Source: an uncultured Lentisphaerales bacterium | Lineage (GTDB): Bacteria; Verrucomicrobiota; Lentisphaeria; JABSQK01; UBA12247 | Direction: 5' to 3' | NCBI GenBank assembly: GCA_943788985.1 | Contig: CALSSJ010000045.1 | Location: forward strand, 1 to 34,297 | Length of the DNA stretch: 34,297 bases | Shown: positions 18,795 through 26,712 of the stretch, one piece after another | Position numbering within the stretch: position 1 is the stretch's first letter | How the letters are laid out: each line of letters opens with the position of its first letter | The notes under the pieces: generated by a model | The model's input: only the letters and a program-made list of their open reading frames with translations | What the model was told of the DNA's origin: nothing | Database searches by the model: none | Translations under genes and position numbers: made by a program

Positions 18795-21383
18795 ATGAGT
18801 GATCTATCGCAGGGCTCGATGCCAATCAGCGGTAACATCACGCATACCCGAAAGACGATTTCCCAGCTCCTTGAAGAGCGGGGGCTGAGCACGGGTGTGC
18901 CCATGCCGTTGTCGGTGAATGTGGATACGGATCCGAGCGAACGCTACCAGATCGGTCGCCTGATTGCGACTGGCGGGGTGGCGGAGATTTTTGAGGCGGT
19001 GGATACCGGCAGCCGGCGCGTGATGGCGATGAAGGTGATGTCGCCCGGCAAGATCAGCAATGATGCCGATCTCGTGCGCTTTGTCGAAGAGGCCCAGATT
19101 ACCGCGCAGCTCGAGCATCCGGGGATTCCACCAGTCTATGATTTTGGCGTGGATGCCGACGGAAACGTCTATTACACGATGAAGCTGGTGCCGGGGCGAA
19201 CGTTGGAAGCAATTCTGAGCGATATTCGCGAGGGCAAGCAAGAGACGATTCGGAAGTACGGTCTCGCGCGGTTGTTGTCGATCCTGATGCAAGTCTGCGA
19301 TGCCGTGGAGTATGCGCACTCGCGAGGGGTGATTCACCGGAATTTGAAGCCGGAGAATATCATGGTGGGCAGCTACGATGATGTGCAGGTGATGGATTGG
19401 GGCGTGGCCAAGGTCTTGCCCAATCGCGGGGTGACAGATCGCCGGACCGTGGATCAGACGGTGGATGGAGAGATGATCGGCACGCCGGAGTACATGGCGC
19501 CGGAGCAGGCTTACGGCAAGATCTCCGAGATGGATGAGCGAAGCGATGTCTACGCGCTAGGCGGTGTGCTCTATGCCATCCTGACGCTGCGGCCGCCTGC
19601 GACGGGAAACCAAGTGAACGAGACTCTGCTGAAGATTGTCGAAGGCAACTTGGTCTCGCCGCAGGTCTACAGCGATCGTAGCATCCGGGTCGGGCCGCAG
19701 CTGAAGCGTGGCGGCGCGGCTGCGACCGATAATGACGAGATTCCGCTGTGGCATTGTCCGCGGTTCGAGATTCACCCGGCATTGACCAAAATCTGCCTTA
19801 GGGCGCTGGCCTTGAAGCCAGGGGCCCGCTACGAGAGGGTTCGGGATCTGCGCCATGCGTTGGACAAGCATCGTGGCGCATTCGGGCTTATGCCTACAGA
19901 CGAGTCATTTCTGGCGGAAGTGTTTTGGCTGTTTCGCCAACATCCCTACGTGAGTGCTCTGGCGGCCGGTATACTGACTGCTCTCGTAGCGTTGATGGGA
20001 CTAGCTGGCACGAATTATCTGGGGGAGATCGGGCAGGCACGGGACACCACTGTAGCCAATGAGCGGCAGTCGGAGCTGATGCAGAAAGAGATCGCGCGGC
20101 TGCGACCGCCAGAGATCAAGACCACCGCGCCACGCAAGCCAACCTTCACGGACCCGCGCGATGTCTGGGGCTATCTGGGCCGGGAGCTGGCCGCGCAGCC
20201 GGACTCACGGGCGATGTTTTGGCTGGATCGTGGCCGGCTGGCGCTGGGGCGGCTGGAGCTGAACAAGGCGCGCGACGCATTCGACAAAGTACGGCTCAAG
20301 GCCGAAGATAACGAACCAGTGCTGCGCCTCCTACGGCATTACGAACGCTTGCATCGGAACGTGGCCCAACGCCTCGCCTACGCAAATCCGCTCGAGCGGC
20401 CGGTGCCGTTCCCAGGGGATGAATCCGAACGTGAGGATGAGTTGGATCGACAGTTGCTCACGATCCGGAAGGAACTGACTGTGGCGTTGGAGGAGCTGAA
20501 GACAGCGAACCCGGGGCTGAACCATTACAAGCTGGCAGTATCACGGGCGGGCGTGCAGGTGACGCTGGACGGGCCTACGGTCACCACGCTCGCGGCGCTC
20601 AAGGGGCAGCTGATTACGTCGCTGTATCTACTGAATACGAATCTGACGTCGCTTGAGCCATTGCGGGGGATGCCGCTGCGGCATTTGAAGCTGTATCAGT
20701 CTTCAGAAGTGACGGAATTGGCCCCCTTGGCCCGCATGCCGCTGGATTCGTTAGACATCGCTGGAACCGCAGTTTCGGACCTCGGGCCGTTGGCCGGCAT
20801 AGCACTGAAACGGTTGTACGCAGATCAGACCAGTGTGGCCGATCTCGCGCCGTTGAAGGGGATGCCGCTGGTACGTCTGAGCATTGGGCAGACCCGCGTA
20901 TGGGATCTGGGACCGTTGCACGGGCTCCCGCTGGAGCAACTGTCGATCAGTGGCACAAAGGTTCGGGATTTGAGCGCATTGCGCGGCATGCCGCTCACGG
21001 TTTTAGAGGCGAACATGGCCCCGGTACGCGACCTTAGCCCGCTGAGGGGGCTAAGGTTGGAGAAGCTGTTCTTGCAACGCACCGAGGTTGTGAATCTCAC
21101 ACCGCTTTTGGGCCAGTCAATTACGACGCTGAACCTGCGTGGCACCAAGGTGCGTGACCTGACGCCACTCGCTGGCTTGCCCTTGGAGCAACTGTATCTG
21201 GATGGCTGCCCGGAGGTGGATCAGCTCCGGCCGCTTATTCGTTGTCAGAAGCTGAGGACTTTAACCATTCCGCGCCATGTATCGGATATCGACCAGTTGC
21301 GCTATCTCAGTGAGCTTGAGTTTCTAAGTACGACGCACATTCGAAAGCCCGCGCGCCAGTTCTGGAAGGAGCGTGAACAGTGA
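18795..21383 (+). CDS. Hanks-type Ser/Thr kinase-like receptor: kinase - TM - helical region - LRR (catalytic loop HRN)
   Basis: MAMK, FVEEAQ, HRNLKPEN, DWG, GTPEYMAPEQ, SDVYALG; TM YVSALAAGILTALVALMGLAG; about 10 LRRs. Confidence 0.9.
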   Translation: MSDLSQGSMPISGNITHTRKTISQLLEERGLSTGVPMPLSVNVDTDPSERYQIGRLIATGGVAEIFEAVDTGSRRVMAMKVMSPGKISNDADLVRFVEEAQITAQLEHPGIPPVYDFGVDADGNVYYTMKLVPGRTLEAILSDIREGKQETIRKYGLARLLSILMQVCDAVEYAHSRGVIHRNLKPENIMVGSYDDVQVMDWGVAKVLPNRGVTDRRTVDQTVDGEMIGTPEYMAPEQAYGKISEMDERSDVYALGGVLYAILTLRPPATGNQVNETLLKIVEGNLVSPQVYSDRSIRVGPQLKRGGAAATDNDEIPLWHCPRFEIHPALTKICLRALALKPGARYERVRDLRHALDKHRGAFGLMPTDESFLAEVFWLFRQHPYVSALAAGILTALVALMGLAGTNYLGEIGQARDTTVANERQSELMQKEIARLRPPEIKTTAPRKPTFTDPRDVWGYLGRELAAQPDSRAMFWLDRGRLALGRLELNKARDAFDKVRLKAEDNEPVLRLLRHYERLHRNVAQRLAYANPLERPVPFPGDESEREDELDRQLLTIRKELTVALEELKTANPGLNHYKLAVSRAGVQVTLDGPTVTTLAALKGQLITSLYLLNTNLTSLEPLRGMPLRHLKLYQSSEVTELAPLARMPLDSLDIAGTAVSDLGPLAGIALKRLYADQTSVADLAPLKGMPLVRLSIGQTRVWDLGPLHGLPLEQLSISGTKVRDLSALRGMPLTVLEANMAPVRDLSPLRGLRLEKLFLQRTEVVNLTPLLGQSITTLNLRGTKVRDLTPLAGLPLEQLYLDGCPEVDQLRPLIRCQKLRTLTIPRHVSDIDQLRYLSELEFLSTTHIRKPARQFWKEREQ
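20580..21270 (+). repeat. About 10-11 leucine-rich repeats of ~21 aa
   Basis: Consensus LxPLxGMPLxxLxLxxTxVxD. Confidence 0.9.
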
Positions 21384-24025
21384 AGCTGGATCCAAAGCAA
21401 TTTCGGGAAGGCGCGTATCGCTTCCAGGTCGAGTTCGAGGGCTCGGGCATCCCTAGGCTGGTTCGCAGTCGTGGGGTATCCGCAGGGATCTCGCTGGATA
21501 ACGAGCGGTCCGGCTATGAGCAGGATTATCGCTACGAGCTGCGCGAGCTGATCGCCGAGAGCGAATCCGGCCCCATCTTTGCTGCGTTCGAGCACAATTG
21601 CCGCCGGGAGGTAGCCTTGAAGCTGTGCTGCTCGCAGGTTGCCACGGATGAGATCTTAGCAGAATTCGCTAGGGAAGCACAGATTGCGGCGCGGGTCGAG
21701 CATCCGGGCGTCCTGCCAGTTTACGAACTGGGGCTCGATGAGGTGGGCAACGCATTCATTGCCATGAAACGCATTCACGGCCGCACGTTGCAGCAGATTC
21801 TGAGTGACATTAAAGCTGGCCACCACAAGGCTGTGCAGCGCTATCCGCTGGATCGCTTGTTGCAGATCTTTGCCCAGGTCTGTGAAGCCATCGAGTATGC
21901 CCATTCCCAAGGCATCGTGCATTGCGATCTTTGCCCGGAAAATATTCTGATTGGCAAGTACAACGAAGTCCGCGTGATGCGCTGGCGCGATGCCTTCCTC
22001 CTCGACGGAGGCCCGAATCAGCCTGGCGGCAATCGTCATAATCCCAACGCTCCGGACGAGCATCCAGTAGCGCAGGCACTGGACCCCAGCAAAGTCTCCA
22101 TGGCCGAGTGGGCCGGAGCGCAGCAGGACGACAAGGCCCACTCGCCAGTGAATCCGTTGCGCTTCGCCTGCCTGGCCCCGGAGCAGACGGCAATCGAGAA
22201 CGCCAGCTGTGGTCGGGCTTCGGACATCTATGCGCTGGGCGCGATTCTCTACACCATTCTCACTCTGCGTCCGCCCGTGAAGGGAGTGAACAAATCTGAG
22301 GTGTTGCGCAGTATTTTGGCGCACCGCATCACGCCTATCTCGGGTATCAATGCCGAAAGCCAACGGGCCCGGAAGGGACGCCGTGGCGTGGAATTGGCGC
22401 ATTGTCCGAACGGCGAAGTACCAGCTGCGCTGGCGGCGATTGCCCTGAAGGCGCTGACGTCCAATCCCACGGACCGCTATGACAGTGCACGAGTATTGCG
22501 AGAGAGAGTCGCAGGTTGGGAGCGGGAACGTGATCGCAAAGCGGACAGGACGAGCTTTTTGAGCGACTGGTTGCGCTTCGGCAAGCGGCATCGGCGCGTG
22601 CGGCTGCTGGCGCTGGTCACGTTGCCCATCGTGGTCGGGGCACTGTTTGCAGTCAACGCCGCGCTGGTGGGCGTTCTACGGGCCGCGGAAGAGGGGCGCC
22701 AGGAATCTACCGAGGCGCTGACGGAGCTGACACGTGAGCGAGATGCGCTGGACTTGCGGCGGGGGTATGGACGTTCTATGGAGTTGCCGGAAGAGCAGGC
22801 CTACTGGGTGTTGGCGCAGGAGGCATTGAAGGAAGGTGAGCCGAGCGTGGATGCCTCGATTGCTAGGGCACAGCTAGCGATCGCAATGGGGAACATGGAC
22901 GAAGTTCGGAACCTACTCGGCAGTGTTTTCGAGGCTGTGGATGATCGTAGGACGTACCAACATGCATGCGACTTGTACGTTGCGAGCAGCGCGACCCGAG
23001 GGCCGCCCAAACCTATCTCGTTCATGCCACAACGGGCCAAGGCTGGACCAAGCGAAGATGAGTACGGCCAGGTCCGGGTTGCCTGGAACGCAGACGACTT
23101 TGAGATGACTTGGCGTCAGCTAAAGATTGAACTGGAGCGGCTCAATCCAGCACTGTCGCTGCCTGATGATGCCTTGACCGTAGAGGACGGCGTGGTCTCA
23201 TTCAGCGCTGTCAATGAGATTAATCTGCATGACATTCGCCCCCTGGCCGATCTGCCGATCTCGCGTCTGGAGTTGGCTGGGACCGGGGTGGAGGACCTGA
23301 CGCCGCTGGCCGGGATGCCGTTGGTGAGTGCGAGCTTCTTTGAGTCGGTAGCAGTGCGGGATCTGACCCCGCTGGCGGGATTACCGCTCCGCTCGCTAGA
23401 CATCAGCCAGACGCTGGTCTCTGATCTGACGCCGCTAGCGGGACTACCACTGACAGAGTTGTTTCTCGACGGTGCACCGGTGCTCAGTCTGGCCGTACTA
23501 CAAGGAATGAAGTTGACATCGCTGAGTGCGAGTGACACGAGGATCCGGAGTCTGAAGCCGCTGGCTGGAATGTCGCTGACATCACTTGGTGTGAGTCGGA
23601 CGCAGATCGCGAGTCTGGCACCGTTGGCGGGAATGCCTCTGGAGGCATTGGCGCTTTCACAGACTCTGGTTGGCGATGTGAGCCCGCTTAAAGGGATGCC
23701 GCTGAAGGTTCTGATGCTGAACGATACGCTGGTCGCAGACCTGCTGCCATTAAAAACGTTGACCTCCAAGAGTCTGTCGTTAAATCTTTCCAATACGCAG
23801 ATTCGCTCGATTGAGGCGCTCGCCGGCCTGCCATTGAAGCAAGTCTATCTGCAGGGCTGCAGCCGGGTTAAGAGCGTTGCCCCTCTGGCTTTCTGTGTCA
23901 CCTTGCAGCACCTGACCATGCCCCCTGATGCCGCGGGAGAAGAATATCTCAAGGATCTGCCCAAGCTCCACACCATCACGGACGAGCGTGGAGTGCGTTA
24001 CAGTCGCAAGGAATTCTTTGAGTAG
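21380..24025 (+). CDS. Second kinase-like receptor: degenerate kinase - TM - helical region - LRR (pseudokinase)
   Basis: VALK, FAREAQ, HCDLCPEN, MRWRD in place of MDWG, CLAPEQ, SDIYALG; TM VRLLALVTLPIVVGALFAV; about 10 LRRs. GTGA overlap with the upstream stop. Confidence 0.88.
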   Translation: MKLDPKQFREGAYRFQVEFEGSGIPRLVRSRGVSAGISLDNERSGYEQDYRYELRELIAESESGPIFAAFEHNCRREVALKLCCSQVATDEILAEFAREAQIAARVEHPGVLPVYELGLDEVGNAFIAMKRIHGRTLQQILSDIKAGHHKAVQRYPLDRLLQIFAQVCEAIEYAHSQGIVHCDLCPENILIGKYNEVRVMRWRDAFLLDGGPNQPGGNRHNPNAPDEHPVAQALDPSKVSMAEWAGAQQDDKAHSPVNPLRFACLAPEQTAIENASCGRASDIYALGAILYTILTLRPPVKGVNKSEVLRSILAHRITPISGINAESQRARKGRRGVELAHCPNGEVPAALAAIALKALTSNPTDRYDSARVLRERVAGWERERDRKADRTSFLSDWLRFGKRHRRVRLLALVTLPIVVGALFAVNAALVGVLRAAEEGRQESTEALTELTRERDALDLRRGYGRSMELPEEQAYWVLAQEALKEGEPSVDASIARAQLAIAMGNMDEVRNLLGSVFEAVDDRRTYQHACDLYVASSATRGPPKPISFMPQRAKAGPSEDEYGQVRVAWNADDFEMTWRQLKIELERLNPALSLPDDALTVEDGVVSFSAVNEINLHDIRPLADLPISRLELAGTGVEDLTPLAGMPLVSASFFESVAVRDLTPLAGLPLRSLDISQTLVSDLTPLAGLPLTELFLDGAPVLSLAVLQGMKLTSLSASDTRIRSLKPLAGMSLTSLGVSRTQIASLAPLAGMPLEALALSQTLVGDVSPLKGMPLKVLMLNDTLVADLLPLKTLTSKSLSLNLSNTQIRSIEALAGLPLKQVYLQGCSRVKSVAPLAFCVTLQHLTMPPDAAGEEYLKDLPKLHTITDERGVRYSRKEFFE
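23231..23920 (+). repeat. About 10-11 leucine-rich repeats of ~21 aa
   Basis: LTPLAGMPL/LTPLAGLPL...DISQTLVSD units. Confidence 0.9.
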
Positions 24026-24068
24026 CGTGACCTTTCCGCAGTGAAGATCGGCCCAGATATCGCGCCCA

Positions 24069-24132
24069 TTTTTTCTCCCGCGGAGCTGAACTGCAGAGAA
24101 AAAACCTGTCTCTGCGCTCGTAGTAAGCGCAG
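24069..24132. terminator. Two hairpins downstream of the kinase pair
   Basis: ttttttctc(24069-24077)/gagaaaaaa(24096-24104) and ctgcgct/agcgcag (24112-24132). Confidence 0.35.
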
Positions 24133-24171
24133 GGCGGCACCTGCTTGATTGATGAACTGGGTGCCCGCGCC

Positions 24172-24586
24172 ATGGTCGACAATGCTCATTCCCGGCGCGA
24201 AGTGGCCGACAGAACATCATTGAGGGCTCTGAGCGGGCGTCGACGTCGAAAGATACGGAGAGGAAACTTCCCGACGTTGCCCGAGCCGGCTTCAGCGAAC
24301 TCCGCGGCGACTTCGAAATCTGGATCTTGGATCGTGGGCACTTGCCGTAGTCCGTCCAATTGACGCCCCGTTTACCGACGACGTTCTGAACGAGTCTGCT
24401 AAGCATGCGCTCAGCCAAGGGCAGAAGTACGCCCACTGGCTCAATGCTGATTACCATGTTATCAAAGCCAACGCGATGGTGTTCATCATTGGCCGAGCGA
24501 TGAATATGCTAAAGGGCCAGATCAAAGCTCAAGGGCGTGCCTTTGCGCAGCTCGCACCAGAGATTCGCGAGCCCCACTTGCAATAG
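24172..24586 (+). pseudogene. Four-helix-bundle protein (with suffix domain) remnant
   Basis: ARSGRQNIIEGSERASTSKDTERKLPDVARAGFSELRGDFEIW...* then, in another frame, DDVLNESAKHAL...ANAMVFIIGRAMNMLKGQIKAQGRAF. Confidence 0.75.
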
Positions 24587-24662
24587 TTGCATTGACTCAA
24601 GAGAGCCTGCTGGCTGCAGGGACGCCGGCTGGTCATTATCGACCAGGCGCGCTCGGTTGCTG

Positions 24663-25505
24663 TCAGTGGGTGGCGGGTGGAACGAGCGGAAGGCGGCGGC
24701 GAAAGTCGGATGGCGAGGTGCCGACATGGACTTTGAAACGGCGCGAAAAATGGAAGGGATCGCAGAATCCAAGGCGGTAGGCGACTTCGCTGACGGTCAG
24801 ATCGGTTTCATAAAGCCAGCTGCACGCTTTGTCTATGATGTAACTCGCGTGGTAGTGGCCGGGGGATTCGCCAGAGAGCCGTCTGAATCGCTTGCGAAAG
24901 GTCTGGTAGGAAACGCCGAGCTGGCGGCTAACCAAGGTCAGGTCGACGGAGGCCGTTGACTGCTCACGCAACATGCTGCACGCTCGCCCCAGCCATTCCT
25001 GATCGCCGCGATCCACGGGCGAGGTTGGCTGCGCAAGAAGCTCGCTTAACAACAGCTGCAGTTTCGAAACTCGGACCAGAGATGCGCTTTCCGCTTTGGT
25101 GTGGTCGGCTGCTTTGAGCAGGTCGCGGAAGCGTCGAGCCCAGTAGTCCACGGGGTTGGCCTGGAGCAATGTCCTCTGGGAACTCAGCAGCCCTGCTTTC
25201 AGCCACATGCGAAATACTGGCCCGTCGAAGACGACATACATGGTGTCCCAGGTCTTGTCGGGGAGTGCCCCGTAGATGTGGGCGAGGTCAGGGAGGACAA
25301 TGATTAGATCGCCCGACACCAGTAGACGCTCGCGGCCCGTCTCATCCCAATACTGGCCGTCGCCCGCGAGCGTGTAGACTAGGGCAAATTGGCCAAAGCG
25401 CCGAGGTACGGTGAGACGCCCGCCACGTTGAACGCCGGCCTGGGGAATGATCCCCAGCGCGCAGCCGCCGCCAGACTCGAAGAAGATTTCAGTTCCTGCA
25501 GGCAT
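24663..25505 (-). CDS. AraC family transcriptional regulator
   Basis: N-terminal cupin-like sensor; C-terminal SYQTFRKRF...LTVSEVAYRLGFCDPFHFSRRFKVHVGTSPSDFR. Confidence 0.93.
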   Translation of the reverse strand: MPAGTEIFFESGGGCALGIIPQAGVQRGGRLTVPRRFGQFALVYTLAGDGQYWDETGRERLLVSGDLIIVLPDLAHIYGALPDKTWDTMYVVFDGPVFRMWLKAGLLSSQRTLLQANPVDYWARRFRDLLKAADHTKAESASLVRVSKLQLLLSELLAQPTSPVDRGDQEWLGRACSMLREQSTASVDLTLVSRQLGVSYQTFRKRFRRLSGESPGHYHASYIIDKACSWLYETDLTVSEVAYRLGFCDPFHFSRRFKVHVGTSPSDFRRRLPLVPPATH

Positions 25506-25614
25506 TTACCAAATCAGTCATGCAATTCACCCAAAACTCTATTTCTTGTAGACTGACTACAGGGACGCTGCCCACCACATTGCGCATCGCTAATAATGCT
25601 GGGGAACGATATCA

Positions 25615-26341
25615 TGAATGTTTCGGTGCGCAACACATTGCTTGATTACCCGACGGAGCTGGGGAAACTGCATGACTGCAACGCGCTGCTACAGGACGAG
25701 GTATGCCTGCGAGAGCGCATGGCTGAGGATGGCTACCTGCTGATTCGCGGACTTGATCCGCGGTGCGAAGTTCGCACGGCTCGAGAGGCGATTCCAGCGA
25801 TGCCAGAGGAGAATGAGCAGGATGACGGTCAACGTCGCTGCATCCAAGAAATCGCACGCTGCCCGGAGGTAATAGCGGTGCTGGAGTCTTCGCGGATGCT
25901 TGTCTTCTTTGGCAATAATTTTGGGGTGCCGTGAAGCCGGGTTGAATTACGGGGCGAAACTACGATTTTTTTCTCTACGGGACGCGGGGCCCAGCGACTG
26001 CATACCGCCTGGCCCCCATTGGCCGATCTGAGTATGCAGTTGGGGACATTGGCGGTCTGTGACGGCTCGCACAAGGTAGAGTTTCGCGAGCTGGAGGAGA
26101 CCTTTTGGCGTGTGGATGTGGACCGTGAGAAGATCCGGAACGTAGGCTGGTATGGCCAGAAGCCATGCGCAACGATACGGATCAGCAGCACTTGAGCTGT
26201 GATATTCGCTTTCAGCCAGCAAGTGAACAGCAGACGAGCGCTGATATGGCTAGGAGCGCACCGGACATGGCGGGGGAGCGGGCCCCACAAGCCCCGGATG
26301 CGAGCACGATGCAGGAAGCAATGGGGTGTCTGGTACGCTGA
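25615..26341 (+). pseudogene. Phytanoyl-CoA dioxygenase (PhyH) family remnant
   Basis: LRERMAEDGYLLIRG...*, then GRGAQRLHTAWPPLADL...GTLAVCDGSH...DVDRE, then LSCDIRFQPASE...DER*. Several stops, frame changes and missing segments. Confidence 0.75.
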
Positions 26342-26712
26342 TTTTCGCGATGTGGACTGATCGAGGCAGTGCACTCAGGCAAAACGGCTGTGGTTGAGCG
26401 GGCAAAGGGCCCGAGTTTCGCTGCGGCGTCGGTTGAAAACTGGGTGCGCGGTGACCCGCGCCCCCGCTTGCGCAGGCCGGCGGCCGTTAAAGAATGCCCG
26501 ACACGAGCTGCTGGCGCTTTACGTCGCGCTACCTCGGCTACGCAACTGGTGTGCTTCCAACCGTGCTTGACGAACTGATCGATGAATGGTTGCTTGAATA
26601 AGACTGAATTGGCAATAATCACTGCTGAAATTCCGGTTCTGCTGTGATGATTCTGACGCACCGGTTATATTATTTTTTTGCCGTCAATTAGCGTCCATTC
26701 AGGAGTTTTTCC

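Noticed and set aside
20580..23920. 63-nt periodic repeats as a CRISPR array or DGR template/variable repeats
   Set aside because: They are degenerate in-frame LRR codons, with no identical repeats, no spacers, no adenine-specific mismatch pattern noticed and no reverse transcriptase.
26369..26601. Possible further gene remnant ending ...RYLGYATGVLPTVLDELIDEWLLE*
   Set aside because: Protein-like but too short for me to assign a family.
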